Shown here one piece after another: positions 10,155 to 21,581 of a DNA stretch of 64,000 bases. The position numbers and the translations under genes are program-made. The notes beneath the pieces are model-generated. The model searched no databases and was not told the DNA's origin. It worked only from the letters and a program-made list of their open reading frames with translations. Origin of the DNA: Nitrospirota bacterium (GTDB lineage: Bacteria; Nitrospirota; UBA9217); contig CAWIYV010000011.1 of assembly GCA_963840455.1 (NCBI GenBank), positions 480,001-544,000 on the forward strand, in the 5' to 3' direction. The stretch's first letter is position 1, and the number at the start of each line of letters is the position of its first letter.

Positions 10155-11543
10155 TTATTTAGGCGGGGCCGGCTCTTTCTTGAAATCGCCAGGATTCAGC
10201 TCGTACTTCTTCAGGAGGTTATAAAAATCAGCGCGGTACTTTCCGGCAAGCTCCGCGGCGCTGCTCACGTTCCCCCTTGTGATCTTCAGGACATTGATGA
10301 GGTATTCCTTTTCGAAGGCATCCTTCGCCTCCTTGAGGGGTTTGAGCGGCCCATCGGACAGGCCTGCCCTGGCCGGGAGGACCCCGTCCTCCCTGATGAC
10401 GTCGTCGCGCGTCATGGCCATGGCATACTCGATCGTATTCTCCAGCTCCCGGACGTTCCCCGGCCAATCATGGAGCATAAGCCGCTGCATGGCCTTGGGC
10501 GTCAGCCGCTTCACGTCCTTGTTCATCTGCTTGCCGTATTTTCGGAGGAAATGGTCGACGAGGAGGGGAATGTCCTCTTTCCGCTCCCGCAGGGGCGGCA
10601 GCTCAAGGGGGATGACATGGATGCGGTAGAACAGGTCCTCGCGGAACAGCCCCTGGGCCACCTGCTTGTCCAGGTCCTTGTTCGTTGCCACGATGACCCG
10701 CACGTCCACCGCCACAGACTGCTCTCCGCCCACTGGCGTGAACCGGCGCTCCTGCAGGACCCGCAGGAACTTCGACTGGATCGAAAGCGGCATATCGCCG
10801 ATCTCATCCAGGAAGATGGTGCCTTCGTGGGCCTGGGCGAAGAGGCCTTTCGAGGTTCGGACCGCGCCCGTGAAAGAGCCTTTCTCATGGCCGAACAGCT
10901 CGCTTTCCAGCAGGGTCTCTGGCAGGGCCGCGCAGTTGATCTCCACGAAAGGACTCTCCTTCCTCGTGCTCGCGAGGTGAAGGGCCCGCGCTATGAGCTC
11001 CTTGCCCGTGCCGCTCTCTCCGTGGATGTAGACTGTGGAATCCGTCGGGGCGATCCGGGAGACGACCTCGAGCACCCGTTCCATCGCCTTGCTGCGGGCG
11101 ACAATGTTCTCGAATCCATACCGCTCCGCGAGAAGCCCCTTGAGCCGGGAGATCTCCGAAGTGAGTCTGCGGTTCTCCATGGCGCGCTCGATATGGAGGA
11201 TCAGTTCCCGGGCGTCGAAGGGCTTCGTGAGATAGGTGGCGGCTCCTCGCCTCATCGCCTCGACGGCGCTCCCGATGCTGCCGTGCGCCGTCAGGATGAT
11301 GACGGGCATGCCGGGGAGCACCCGGTGGAGGTCTTCCATGAGCGAGATACCGTCCTGTTCCGCAAGCTGGAGATCGACGATGGCGAGATCGAAGACATCC
11401 CCTGCCACCGCCTCTTTCGCCTCCTGCTCACGGAGCGCCGTCGTTACGATATAGCCGGACGATTCGAGCCGCATCTTCAAAAGTCCGAGGAGGTTTCGGT
11501 CGTCATCGACGATCAAGACCTTGCCCGGTGTCTTTGCAGTCAC
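10155..11543 (-). CDS. Sigma54-dependent response regulator (NtrC family, GlrR-like)
   Basis: Receiver domain, GESGTGKE, ESELFGHEKGSFTGA, LFLDEIG-type Walker B, WPGNVREL, C-terminal HTH. Confidence 0.93.
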   Translation of the reverse strand: MTAKTPGKVLIVDDDRNLLGLLKMRLESSGYIVTTALREQEAKEAVAGDVFDLAIVDLQLAEQDGISLMEDLHRVLPGMPVIILTAHGSIGSAVEAMRRGAATYLTKPFDARELILHIERAMENRRLTSEISRLKGLLAERYGFENIVARSKAMERVLEVVSRIAPTDSTVYIHGESGTGKELIARALHLASTRKESPFVEINCAALPETLLESELFGHEKGSFTGAVRTSKGLFAQAHEGTIFLDEIGDMPLSIQSKFLRVLQERRFTPVGGEQSVAVDVRVIVATNKDLDKQVAQGLFREDLFYRIHVIPLELPPLRERKEDIPLLVDHFLRKYGKQMNKDVKRLTPKAMQRLMLHDWPGNVRELENTIEYAMAMTRDDVIREDGVLPARAGLSDGPLKPLKEAKDAFEKEYLINVLKITRGNVSSAAELAGKYRADFYNLLKKYELNPGDFKKEPAPPK

Positions 11544-11697
11544 GTAATTGCCCCTCCCTTCTTTATCTCTGCGATAGCAGGGGCGACCTGCTTCGCTTCT
11601 CCATCGCCTCCGGCAAGCCGATTACGTTCTTCGCCTCACCGACAAACGTGCCCTCGGGGAACTTTTTCGCGGTGAACAGGCCGGAAGGCCCGCGTGG

Positions 11698-13140
11698 TCA
11701 GAACGGCAGTACAAAGGTGAACGTGCTTCCCCGCCCCTCTTCACTCTCCACCCATACCGTCCCGCCGTGATCCTGAATGATGTGCTTGACGATGGCCAGA
11801 CCCAAGCCGGTCCCCGGGATCTTCTTCGTTCCCGCGAGCGTCGCCTGCCGGTACTTGTCGAAGATCGCGGTCTGATGCTCCTTCGGGATCCCCGGCCCCG
11901 AGTCGGTCACCGATACACCCACGCCGCCCTCCCCGCTGCGGACCGCAATGCGCACAGTGCCCCCGGGAGGCGTGAACTTCAGCGCGTTCCCGATAAGGTT
12001 CCTGAGCACCTGCATGATCCGCTCCGGATCAAGGCTGACCGGCGGCACAGCATCGATATCCGTCCCGATCCTGATCTTCTTTGCCTCGGCCAGAGGCAGG
12101 ACCTCGCCCGCGGCCATCGTGACCAGAGGCGGAAGCTCGGCCTTGGTGAAATGATACGCCAGCATCCCCGCTTCCAGCTTGGACAGGTCCATCAGCGAGC
12201 TCACGAGCTCGATGAGCCGGTTGCTCTCTTCGGCCACGATCGTAAGCAGCCACTTTTGCTTCTCTGTGACCGGCCCCCCGTGGCCCTCGAGGAACAGGTT
12301 TGTTCCCTCCTTAATGGAGGTGAGGGGCGTGCGCAGCTCATGGGACATGAGCGAATAAAAATCGGATTTCATCTTGTCCACGTTCTGGAGCCGGGCGCTC
12401 ATAAAATTGAACGCCTGGGCCAAGGCGCCGATCTCGGGAGGCGACTCAAGGTCGAGGGCCGGTCCATAGATGCCGCTGCCGATCTCCGCGGTCTTCTTTG
12501 CCATGTGGTCCAGAGGCACGGTAATGCTCCTCGTGATCAGAAGAGAGATGATGATGCCCAGCACCAACGATGAGGCCGTGACCGCCAGCGTGATGTCACC
12601 GGCCTGCACGACCGCCTCGTTCAGCCTGGTGACCTTGTCGATGATGGTCGTCTGGACCATGGGGCGCATGGTCTGCAGTGCCTCGGTCAGTGCGTTCACC
12701 GCGGCTTCCTTCCTCATTCGATACCGGAAGGCGACATAGGGTGTACCCGCTTTGCGTAAGGCCGCTTCCTCATCGACCAGCGTCTGATAGCCGACATGAA
12801 GCGCTCCGATGCGTTCGATCAGGGCGGTGAGTTCCGGGGAACGGGCGACAGCCTTCGTTTGCGCGAGGTTCTTTTCGAAATCCCTCCACGCCAGGAGGAA
12901 ACTATTGTAGAAAGCCGCGTCGCGCAGCGTAATGAAATTCTTTTCATTCTGCGTTTCCTTCAGGAATGCATTGGTGAGGCTCTTGTGCAGATCGAGAAGC
13001 ACATTGTCCTCAAGCGTAATGGATTGCGTAACATCGCGCACGCGACCGAGCTGGACGATGGAGTACACACTCACGCTCGTGGCCAGGACCAGCAGGAAAA
13101 TATACCCCATCATCAGTCGGAAAAAGATGCTCGCTCTCAT
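11698..13140 (-). CDS. Sensor histidine kinase (HAMP-HisKA-HATPase, GlrK-like)
   Basis: Two TM, SHELRTPL, NALKFT, DSGPGI, GTGLGL; start at ATG 13140. Confidence 0.92.
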   Translation of the reverse strand: MRASIFFRLMMGYIFLLVLATSVSVYSIVQLGRVRDVTQSITLEDNVLLDLHKSLTNAFLKETQNEKNFITLRDAAFYNSFLLAWRDFEKNLAQTKAVARSPELTALIERIGALHVGYQTLVDEEAALRKAGTPYVAFRYRMRKEAAVNALTEALQTMRPMVQTTIIDKVTRLNEAVVQAGDITLAVTASSLVLGIIISLLITRSITVPLDHMAKKTAEIGSGIYGPALDLESPPEIGALAQAFNFMSARLQNVDKMKSDFYSLMSHELRTPLTSIKEGTNLFLEGHGGPVTEKQKWLLTIVAEESNRLIELVSSLMDLSKLEAGMLAYHFTKAELPPLVTMAAGEVLPLAEAKKIRIGTDIDAVPPVSLDPERIMQVLRNLIGNALKFTPPGGTVRIAVRSGEGGVGVSVTDSGPGIPKEHQTAIFDKYRQATLAGTKKIPGTGLGLAIVKHIIQDHGGTVWVESEEGRGSTFTFVLPF

Positions 13141-13485
13141 GATCGATCCATCGACATGCTGCACTGAAATGACCGGCTGCAGCGATGCGCTGCGGCAATG
13201 ACCCCCGGAGGGTTTCGCCCTCACGGCAGAACAATAATATTGGGTACAATTTTTGTGTATAGTACACCTTTTTCTTTGCCCTTTGCCACATCATAGTGAA
13301 GTTTCAGCTAGCCGCCTGGAGATGCCGGATACCAGACACGATACCGGCCACGGTCGGGCCTTTCCATAATGCAGGTCGCCGGATCGGGCGTCTGTGTACA
13401 GGTGCACAACGACAAAACCCTTTACTCACCCGCCGTGATGGGAGTATAATTTCAATTCGCCCCTGTCGCCGGGCGTATGCTATCT

Positions 13486-16347
13486 ATGGACAAGATCATC
13501 CTCAAAGGCTGCCGTCAGCACAATCTCAAGAACATCGACCTCGAGATCCCGCGGGACAAGCTCGTGGTCATCACCGGACTTTCCGGGTCAGGCAAATCGT
13601 CGCTGGCCTTCGATACCATCTATGCCGAGGGGCAGCGCCGCTACGTCGAGAGCCTGTCTGCCTACGCCCGCCAGTTCCTGGGCCAGATGGACAAGCCGGA
13701 TGTGGACTCCATTGACGGCCTTTCCCCTGCCATCGCCATTGAGCAGAAGACCACGAGCAAGAACCCCCGCTCCACCGTCGGCACCGTGACCGAGATCTAC
13801 GACTACCTCCGGCTCCTCTTTGCGCGCATCGGCAAGCCCTACTGCTATATCTGCGGACGGGAGATCGCGGCCCAGACCGTCCAGCAGATCACCGACGCCG
13901 TCATGGCCCTGCCCTCGGAGACCCGCATCCAGGTGCTGGCGCCCATCGTGCGCGGCAGAAAGGGCGAGTACCGGAAGGAGCTGATGGCGGCGGCCGCTTC
14001 AGGTTATGTCCGGGCGCGGGTCGACGGCGAGATCAAAGAGCTCTCCGAGCCGGTTCCCATGGACAAGAAGAAGAAGCACGACATCGAGATCATCATCGAC
14101 CGCATCGTGGTTAAGCCGGGCATCGAGCGGCGGCTCGCGGAAAGCATCGAGATGGCGCTCAAACAGGCTGACGGCATCGTGCTGATCAACCTGGTCGATA
14201 AGAAGCAGGACCTCCTGTACAGCGAGAAGCTCGCCTGTCTCGTGGACGGCATCAGCTATCCTGAGATCGCCCCGAACACTTTTTCCTTCAACAGCCCGCA
14301 GGGTGCCTGCCCGACCTGCGACGGCCTCGGCGGGCTGCTCGAGTTCGACCCGGAGCTCGTCATCCCGAACAAGAACATGTCCATCCGGGAAGGCGCCATC
14401 AAGCCCTGGGCCAAGCGCACCTCGGTCCACCATTACGAACAGCTCCAGTCCATCGCCGAAAGCTGCGGTTTCGACGTGAACGTACCGGTCAAGGAACTGA
14501 AGCCGTCGCAGCTCAAGGCGCTGATCTTCGGCACCGGCGAGGAAGGAGCACGGGCCCTCTTCCCGAGAGCAACCTCACGGAACGTTTGCAAATCCTTCGA
14601 GGGGATCATCCCGAACCTGAAACGCCGCTACGACGAGACCGACTCCTTCGCCACCCAGTGGGAGCTGGAGCAGTACATGAACTACCAGACCTGCCCGGAC
14701 TGCGGCGGGAGCCGGCTCCGGAAGGAATCGCTGGCGATCAGGGTGGCCGGGCTCTCCATCTACGACATTACGAAGATGAGCGTGAAGCGCTCGCTCGAGT
14801 TCTTCACGGACCTGTCGCTCTCCGAGAAGGAGTCCATCATCGCAAAAAGGATCCTGAAGGAGATCCGCGAGCGCCTCGGGTTCATGGTGCACGTGGGGCT
14901 CGACTACCTGACGCTGGACCGCGGTGCGGCCACGCTCTCGGGCGGCGAGGGCCAGCGCATCCGGCTCGCGACGCAGATCGGCTCGTCCCTCGTGGGCGTC
15001 CTGTACATCCTCGACGAGCCGTCCATCGGCCTCCACCAGCGCGACAACCGCAGGCTCCTGGACACCCTGGTCCGGCTGCGCGACCTGGGGAACACCGTGC
15101 TCGTCGTGGAGCACGACGAGGAGACCATCCGCATGGCGGACCGGCTCATCGATATGGGCCCCGGCGCCGGCGTCCACGGCGGCGAGGTCATCGCCGAGGG
15201 CACACCCGATGAGGTCCAGAAGAATCCCCGCTCGCTCACCGGCAAGTACCTCTCGGGAGAGCTCGCCATCGCCGTGCCGGCGCGCCGGAGAACACCGGAG
15301 AAGCACATCAGCGTCGTGAACGCGTCGGAGAACAACCTGAAGGGCCTGACCGTGCAGTTCCCGCTCGGCGTGCTCACCTGCGTCACCGGCGTCTCAGGCT
15401 CGGGCAAGAGCACCTTGGTCGTGGACATCCTGTACCGTGCACTCGCCCAGCGCATCTACCGGTCCACCGAACGGGCCGGCAAGCACGGCGACATCAAGGG
15501 GCTGGAGCACATCGACAAGGTTATCGACATCGACCAGTCGCCCATCGGCAGGACGCCGCGGTCCAACCCTGCCACGTACACCGGCGCCTTCGGCCCCATC
15601 CGGGACATCTTCGCCCAGCTCCCGGAGTCCCGCGTGCGCGGGTACAAGGTCGGCCGGTACAGTTTCAACGTCAAGGGCGGCCGGTGCGAGGCCTGCGAGG
15701 GCGACGGCCTCATCAAGATCGAGATGCACTTCCTGCCCGACGTGTACGTGACCTGTGACGTGTGCCACGGCACGCGCTACAACCGCGAGACGCTGGACAT
15801 CAAGTATAAGGGGAAGAGCATCGCCGAGGTGCTGGCCATGACCGTTGAGCAGGCCTTCGAATTCTTCCAGAACATCCCGCCCATCAGGACCAAGCTCCAG
15901 ACGCTGCTCGACGTGGGCCTGGGCTACATCACCCTGGGCCAGGCCGCAACCACGCTGTCGGGCGGCGAGTCCCAGCGCGTGAAGCTCTCAAAGGAGCTCT
16001 CGCGGCGGGCCACGGGCAGGACGCTCTACATCCTCGACGAACCCACGACCGGGCTCCACTTCGCCGATACCCAGCGTTTGCTTGACATGCTGGGGAGGCT
16101 CGTGGACGCCGGCAACACGGTCGTCGTCATCGAGCACAACCTGGACGTGATCAAGACAGCGGACTGGATCATCGACCTCGGACCCGAGGGCGGCGACCGC
16201 GGCGGCGAGATCGTGGCGCAGGGCCCGCCTGAGGACGTGGTGAAGGTGAAGGGATCCTACACGGGGCAGTTCCTGAGGAAGATCCTTTCAAATTCAGGAT
16301 CATCTCAAGAACGAGTGGGAACGATAAAAGGATCTCGAGCAAATTGA
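13486..16347 (+). CDS. uvrA: Excinuclease ABC subunit A
   Basis: Two ABC ATPase modules ([23 protein letters not shown]), zinc fingers. Confidence 0.98.
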   Translation: MDKIILKGCRQHNLKNIDLEIPRDKLVVITGLSGSGKSSLAFDTIYAEGQRRYVESLSAYARQFLGQMDKPDVDSIDGLSPAIAIEQKTTSKNPRSTVGTVTEIYDYLRLLFARIGKPYCYICGREIAAQTVQQITDAVMALPSETRIQVLAPIVRGRKGEYRKELMAAAASGYVRARVDGEIKELSEPVPMDKKKKHDIEIIIDRIVVKPGIERRLAESIEMALKQADGIVLINLVDKKQDLLYSEKLACLVDGISYPEIAPNTFSFNSPQGACPTCDGLGGLLEFDPELVIPNKNMSIREGAIKPWAKRTSVHHYEQLQSIAESCGFDVNVPVKELKPSQLKALIFGTGEEGARALFPRATSRNVCKSFEGIIPNLKRRYDETDSFATQWELEQYMNYQTCPDCGGSRLRKESLAIRVAGLSIYDITKMSVKRSLEFFTDLSLSEKESIIAKRILKEIRERLGFMVHVGLDYLTLDRGAATLSGGEGQRIRLATQIGSSLVGVLYILDEPSIGLHQRDNRRLLDTLVRLRDLGNTVLVVEHDEETIRMADRLIDMGPGAGVHGGEVIAEGTPDEVQKNPRSLTGKYLSGELAIAVPARRRTPEKHISVVNASENNLKGLTVQFPLGVLTCVTGVSGSGKSTLVVDILYRALAQRIYRSTERAGKHGDIKGLEHIDKVIDIDQSPIGRTPRSNPATYTGAFGPIRDIFAQLPESRVRGYKVGRYSFNVKGGRCEACEGDGLIKIEMHFLPDVYVTCDVCHGTRYNRETLDIKYKGKSIAEVLAMTVEQAFEFFQNIPPIRTKLQTLLDVGLGYITLGQAATTLSGGESQRVKLSKELSRRATGRTLYILDEPTTGLHFADTQRLLDMLGRLVDAGNTVVVIEHNLDVIKTADWIIDLGPEGGDRGGEIVAQGPPEDVVKVKGSYTGQFLRKILSNSGSSQERVGTIKGSRAN

Positions 16348-16380
16348 TGTCCGTACGAGGAAGTTCACCTTGGTTCTCTT

Positions 16381-16797
16381 TTTTCTGCACCCAAGTTCAC
16401 AGGTCCGTGCAGGCATGCAGGGCTGGTACTGTTGACAAGGTTACCTGAGCATCGCAGCACTTCCCCTCGCCCAGGAATAAGGGCTCGGCCGTGTCTGCTT
16501 GGCTTGGTGATGTCATCGGCCATGACTGCTTCCGCATGCTTGTGCACAGACTGTTAAAGCTCCCTGCGGAAATCCGCAGGGAAGCCTAGCTCCTCAGGGA
16601 AGTGTTATATTCTAATCGCTCGCTAACCCTGTGGTAGTCTCCAGGATCGCGCTCGCTCCTGGATTCACGGGATGCAGGGGCTTTTGGAAAGGCAGATGCA
16701 CAGGCCTATACCCTGCCCCCGCATGTCCCTGGAGCGGCCCTATGAATTTCCTGGGCACCCGTCTTGGCCTAAAGTAGCGTCCCGAAGGGCGAACGCG
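16381..16797 (+). repeat. Composite structured intergenic repeat (scaffold with nested A copy 3 at 16555-16667)
   Basis: Colinear with the reverse complement of 22868-23388 and with conserved blocks at 27205-27435. Confidence 0.85.
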
Positions 16798-16977
16798 GCA
16801 AGAAATTATGTCTCGTCAAGCTATAAAATATACGCACTCAAAAGGCAGAAGATCCCAAATTAAAAAGGCAAAATGATGAATGCAAAATTGAAGTAACGTC
16901 ATTATGCTATCGTGACCGGAGGTCACTCCATTTTTCATTTTTCTTTTTGCATTTTACGTTACTGCCCGGGAGGTCTC

Positions 16978-17451
16978 ATGTACCGAAAGCTCGCCATCCT
17001 TCTTTTTTCGTTGTCACTGGCTCTGGTATCATCCTCCTGCGGCAAGGCCCCGCTCGGGCCGGTCGGCCTGCAGGGCGAGAACATCCTTGCCGCGGTCAGG
17101 GACCTGGCCAAGACCTATGAGCGACGCGATCTCGACGCCTTCATGGAGAAGGTCTCGACCGCTTACCCTGACCGGGAGGCCTTCCGGACCTCGGTGGAAA
17201 AGGTCTTTGCAACCTACCAGACCATAAGCTTCAAGCTGCACTACACCAAGATGCTCGTCATGATCCAGGACAAGGGGAACATCAAGGCCACGTTCACGTG
17301 GGAAGGGGAATGGAAGTCCTCGGGAGGCAAGATCGTGAAGGACGGCGCCCGGGTGACGCTCGTTCTCGAACCCGGCGTGTACAAGCTTCTCGGCATCGAG
17401 GGTAAGAACCCCTATCTGCCGTCGGAGAAACCGATCCCGGCGAGGGAGTAG
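16978..17451 (+). CDS. Lipoprotein, possibly NTF2/SnoaL-like fold
   Basis: RBS ggagg, lipobox SSSC, YERRDLDAFMEKVS..Y pattern. Confidence 0.7.
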   Translation: MYRKLAILLFSLSLALVSSSCGKAPLGPVGLQGENILAAVRDLAKTYERRDLDAFMEKVSTAYPDREAFRTSVEKVFATYQTISFKLHYTKMLVMIQDKGNIKATFTWEGEWKSSGGKIVKDGARVTLVLEPGVYKLLGIEGKNPYLPSEKPIPARE

Positions 17452-17550
17452 AAAGACAGGAGTCAGAATCCAGGAGCCAGAAAGAGGAAAAAATGCTGTT
17501 TCTCCTGACTTCTTACTCCTGACTCCTCGCTTCTGACGCCTGACTCCTGA

Positions 17551-19134
17551 ATGCTCATGAATTACACTACTGAACATATAGCGACCGACTTCCTGATCAT
17601 AGGCGGCGGCGTCGCGGGCCTCCGGGCCGCGGTGGAGCTGGCGCGGAACGGTGACGTCCTCGTGGTCACCAAGGACGCGCCCTCGGAGAGCAGCAGCGAA
17701 TATGCCCAAGGCGGAGTGGCCGTGGCCCTTTCCGACGAGGACGAGATCTCGATCCACTTCGACGACACCATCAAGGCGGGCGACGGACTCTGCATCCGGA
17801 AGTCCGTCGGCACCCTGGTCGAGGAAGGGCCCGTGCGCATCCGCGAGCTCATCGGCTGGGGCGCGGAGTTCGACAAGGAGGGCACGAAGCTCGCATTCAC
17901 CCAGGAGGCGGCGCACTCCAAGCGGAGGATCCTCCATGCCCAGGGGGACTCCACGGGACATGAGATCATGCGTGTCCTCATCGACAAGGTCCGGACAATG
18001 CGCAGGGCGACCAAGATCGATTTCGCCTTCACGAAAGACCTTATCCTTGAACAGGGAGCATGCACCGGGGCGGTGATCATCCAGCAGAAGCAGCAGAAGG
18101 TCCTCTTCATCCACGCCCGCGCCGTGATGCTGGCCACCGGCGGCGCCGGCAGGCTCTTCGAGCGGACCACCAATCCGCCGGTCGCCACCGGCGACGGCAT
18201 GGCCATGGCCTGGCGCGCGGGTGCGGAGCTCATGGACCTCGAGTTCATCCAGTTCCACCCGACGGCGCTGTTCCGGCCCGGCGCCCCCCAGTTCCTCCTG
18301 TCCGAGGCAATGCGCGGCGAGGGCGGCATGCTCAGGAACATCCATGGTCTCCGCTTCATGGACGATTACCATCCGGCCCGGGAGCTCGCGCCGCGGGATG
18401 TGGTCACCCGCGCCATCCATGCCGAGATGCTGTCCACCGGCGCCGACCATGTGTACCTGGACATGACCCATTTAAGCGCTGAGTATGTTCAAAAACGTTT
18501 CCCGCGGATATACAGCACCTGCAGGACCTATGGCATCGACATCACCCGTGCGCCTATCCCCGTCTCTCCTGCAGCGCACTATATCATGGGCGGCGTCAGG
18601 ACCGACCTCTGGGGCGCCACGTCGATCCCGGGCCTCTTCGCGGCCGGCGAGACCGCCTGCACCGGCGTCCATGGCGCGAACCGCCTGGCGAGCAACTCTC
18701 TTCTCGAAGGGCTGGTCTTCGGCGAACGGGCGGGCATCGGCCTCGCGCGATACGCGGCAAGACACCGGAAGGGACCCCTAACAATGGCGCCGGCACGTGC
18801 TGCAGCAGGACCAAAGCGTGAAGGGGTGTTCACTGCTTCAGATATCGAGCACGTGAGGACGACGCTGAAGAAACTGATGTGGGAGAACGTGGGTATCGTA
18901 CGGGACCGGAAGGGCCTGTCCGTCGCGATGCGGAAGCTGCGCGAGTGGGACCGCATGATCAGGAACCCGCCCCGGGACCGCGATGCGCTGGAGCTCAGGA
19001 ACATGATCACCACGTCCCTGCTGATCACCAGTTCAGCGCTCAAGCGCGAAGGGAGCGTGGGCGCGCATTACCGCAGCGACCTCCCTGCCAAGGGGAAGAG
19101 CTGGCGGAAACGGATCATCATGGTGAAGGGATGA
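17551..19134 (+). CDS. nadB: L-aspartate oxidase
   Basis: GGGVAG, YAQGGVA, EAAHSKRRILHA, QFHPT, SEAMRGEG, TGVHGANRLASNSLLE. Confidence 0.96.
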   Translation: MLMNYTTEHIATDFLIIGGGVAGLRAAVELARNGDVLVVTKDAPSESSSEYAQGGVAVALSDEDEISIHFDDTIKAGDGLCIRKSVGTLVEEGPVRIRELIGWGAEFDKEGTKLAFTQEAAHSKRRILHAQGDSTGHEIMRVLIDKVRTMRRATKIDFAFTKDLILEQGACTGAVIIQQKQQKVLFIHARAVMLATGGAGRLFERTTNPPVATGDGMAMAWRAGAELMDLEFIQFHPTALFRPGAPQFLLSEAMRGEGGMLRNIHGLRFMDDYHPARELAPRDVVTRAIHAEMLSTGADHVYLDMTHLSAEYVQKRFPRIYSTCRTYGIDITRAPIPVSPAAHYIMGGVRTDLWGATSIPGLFAAGETACTGVHGANRLASNSLLEGLVFGERAGIGLARYAARHRKGPLTMAPARAAAGPKREGVFTASDIEHVRTTLKKLMWENVGIVRDRKGLSVAMRKLREWDRMIRNPPRDRDALELRNMITTSLLITSSALKREGSVGAHYRSDLPAKGKSWRKRIIMVKG

Positions 19135-19254
19135 CCCGCGTCCAGTTCCGATAAAAGAAAAGCGCGTCTGTTCGACGCGCACCATAGACCTGCCTGCTCT
19201 CCTGCGTTGACCGCACAGCATCCTCAAAACCGCATCACAATGTCCGCCCTTCAT

Positions 19255-19303
19255 GGAAGCTCCCTGCAGACAGATGCGGGGAATGCGCCCGTTCCTGGAT
19301 TCA
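19255..19303 (+). repeat. Repeat family A copy 4 (internally deleted, single hairpin)
   Basis: gaagctccctgcag...gcggggaatgcgccc.ttcctggattca; terminal TCA is the stop codon of the adjacent minus-strand gene. Confidence 0.8.
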
Positions 19304-20068
19304 CTTCAGCTTCCGAAGGTATGCCCGTATCCTCTTTGCATTCGTACCCACGTCGCTCTTCCCTACCCGGGAAAGGGACCGGACGTCGACCCTGCTCCCG
19401 TCCGGCTCCGGCGTGATGCGGATGACCACGTCATCCTTGAACCCGAACCAAAAGGTGGTATCCGTGGCCTCGATGTGCAACCGGTCGGAACTGGCATTCG
19501 CGATCTCCCAGCCCATGTCCCGGGCGGCCAGCACGGCCTGCTCGAACGCGCGGGCCGGCTGCACGGCCAAATGGAGCGGGACGATATCAGGATAGCCCTT
19601 TCGCTGCTGCGCCGCGATGTCGGGGCCGCCGTATTCCACAGGGTTCGCGGCGTTCTTCCTGAGCGGCAGGACAGCAACGAACGTTGGAGGGTTTTCCGTG
19701 TCCGTCGAAATGTCGTGGATAGAGGGGGCCTGCTTGACCGTCCGCAGCCATGACCAGGGAATGCCCGCGGTGAGCAGCCCGATTAGGATGCCGGCGAGGG
19801 AGAGGACCGCGCCCTGCCGCAGGAGCAGCGGCCGGGTCATGATGAGGCCGGCAAGCGACACCGCTGCCGCCGCGATACCGAGGTAAGCGGCGCCTTTCAG
19901 GACCATGAATCCCGTCCGGTAATGCCACCATCCCCACCGGTGCCCGAACCCGGCCAGGGCCGCTGCTAGCCCGGCGAGCACAGCAAGGGAGAAACCAGCT
20001 GCCGGCAGGAGGGCGATCACCAAAGGTTGGCCCCTGTTTTGCTGTCCATCCATGATCGTTCCCCCCAT
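19301..20068 (-). CDS. DUF1499 family membrane protein
   Basis: Three TM, IHDISTD, FGFKDDVVIRI, VDVRSLSRVGKSDVGTNAKRI. Confidence 0.9.
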   Translation of the reverse strand: MGGTIMDGQQNRGQPLVIALLPAAGFSLAVLAGLAAALAGFGHRWGWWHYRTGFMVLKGAAYLGIAAAAVSLAGLIMTRPLLLRQGAVLSLAGILIGLLTAGIPWSWLRTVKQAPSIHDISTDTENPPTFVAVLPLRKNAANPVEYGGPDIAAQQRKGYPDIVPLHLAVQPARAFEQAVLAARDMGWEIANASSDRLHIEATDTTFWFGFKDDVVIRITPEPDGSRVDVRSLSRVGKSDVGTNAKRIRAYLRKLK

Positions 20069-20172
20069 GATATTTATATTTTGTTGGTGCAGCGTCGTTG
20101 AACTCGATCAATTGATCGGGATCTTGCACTCCCGTATTGTAGCCGGCGACGCAGGCGGTAAGAAGACCTCCG

Positions 20173-20751
20173 CTACCACGGGGGTGGGGCCCAGTACGGA
20201 TAGGGACGCAGCCACGGACCATAACCATAGTACGGGTACGGGTAGGGATAATAGTATGGATAAGGGTAGTAATAGGAGGGGGACCAGTAGTAATAGGGGT
20301 AATCCGTGTACTGGTCCCACAGATAGATCTGGCGTATCTCGAATACCGGATAGGCATATCCCATCTCGTCGATCTTCCCCGTCCGCACTGCGACGAAATC
20401 CGCTGCCACCGATATCTGACGCCCTTTCCGGTAGATCATGGGGTCCAGCAGGCCTTTGGACCTTGGATAGAGCGCGATGAACCGGCCCTGATAATACGCC
20501 GGGTCCTCCAGGGAACCCCGACGGTCCACGTTCACGAACAAGCCCTCGATCTGCGACCCCTGCTCCGTCAGTTTCGTATCCACGATCACGCCGCCGAAGA
20601 CGAAAAGATGGTCCTTAAACACCTCGGGGGTCTCCACAAGGTGGGAAAGCTGGAACTCACGGACCCCTTCCTGCATGAACCGCTTGTCCAACACTGGCGA
20701 GCAACCGGCGAGCAGCAGCGCTGCGATCCCCATGATCAATAACCGTTTCAT
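20173..20751 (-). CDS. Slp/YeaY-family outer-membrane lipoprotein
   Basis: Lipobox LAGC, FGGVI, GRFIA, LLDPMIY..GR, Y.YP, Tyr/Pro-rich tail. Confidence 0.85.
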   Translation of the reverse strand: MKRLLIMGIAALLLAGCSPVLDKRFMQEGVREFQLSHLVETPEVFKDHLFVFGGVIVDTKLTEQGSQIEGLFVNVDRRGSLEDPAYYQGRFIALYPRSKGLLDPMIYRKGRQISVAADFVAVRTGKIDEMGYAYPVFEIRQIYLWDQYTDYPYYYWSPSYYYPYPYYYPYPYPYYGYGPWLRPYPYWAPPPW

Positions 20752-20862
20752 ATAATAATTTTCTCACCGAAAGAGCTATCTGTCAAGACGGGATAGGTCA
20801 AAATAATTGCATCGACCGTTGCGCCGTGTTATACTGCCGCAGCTTTCCAGCAAGGAGGCGGC

Positions 20863-21126
20863 ATGGCCCCGTCGAAGAACAAGAAGATCAAGCTCTACAC
20901 CCTGAGCACCTGCTCCCACTGTCTGAGGACCAAGAAGTTCTTCAATGATGCGGGTATCGAGGTTGACATTACCGACGTCGATCTCCTGACCGGCGCGGAG
21001 CGCGAACGCATCATGGACGAAGTGCGGAAGCTGAACCCGGACTGCACCTTCCCCACGATCTGCATCGATGACAAGGTCGTCGTGGGATTCAACGAGGAAC
21101 GCATCCGCAAGGCGCTCGGAGAATAG
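20863..21126 (+). CDS. Glutaredoxin-like protein
   Basis: CSHC active site, TFPTI, VVGF; RBS aaggagg. Confidence 0.9.
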   Translation: MAPSKNKKIKLYTLSTCSHCLRTKKFFNDAGIEVDITDVDLLTGAERERIMDEVRKLNPDCTFPTICIDDKVVVGFNEERIRKALGE

Positions 21127-21128
21127 CC

Positions 21129-21461
21129 ATGACCGCGGAAGAGCTCTATCCCATCCTGTCCCGCTACGCCGAATCCCAGGGCATCCGCCTGAACAAGGAC
21201 CGGGATTTCGTCCTGGATATCCTCCGGGGCCTGCTCACGAACGAGCGGCGCTATGGATACCGCTCCTGCCCCTGCCGCCTCGCGTGGGGGACGAAGGAGC
21301 AGGACAAGGACATCGTCTGCCCCTGCGTGTACCGCGACCCGGACATCAAGGAGTACGGAAGCTGTTACTGCGAGCTCTATGTTTCGCCGGACTGGAACGA
21401 AGGGATGATCGAGCATCGGCAGGTGCCGGAGCGCAGGCCCAGGGAAAAACGGAAGATGTAA
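21129..21461 (+). CDS. Ferredoxin-thioredoxin reductase catalytic subunit-like protein
   Basis: CPC...CPC...CYC motifs. Confidence 0.92.
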   Translation: MTAEELYPILSRYAESQGIRLNKDRDFVLDILRGLLTNERRYGYRSCPCRLAWGTKEQDKDIVCPCVYRDPDIKEYGSCYCELYVSPDWNEGMIEHRQVPERRPREKRKM

Positions 21462-21581
21462 GGCACATATTCACCGCAGAGCACCCAGAGGGCGCAGAGG
21501 TAGTAATTCATAACCTGATCCCATTCTCAGCGATCTCGCCTAGAGGCGCCTACTTTTGGCTGCGGTAAAAAGGATCTGATC

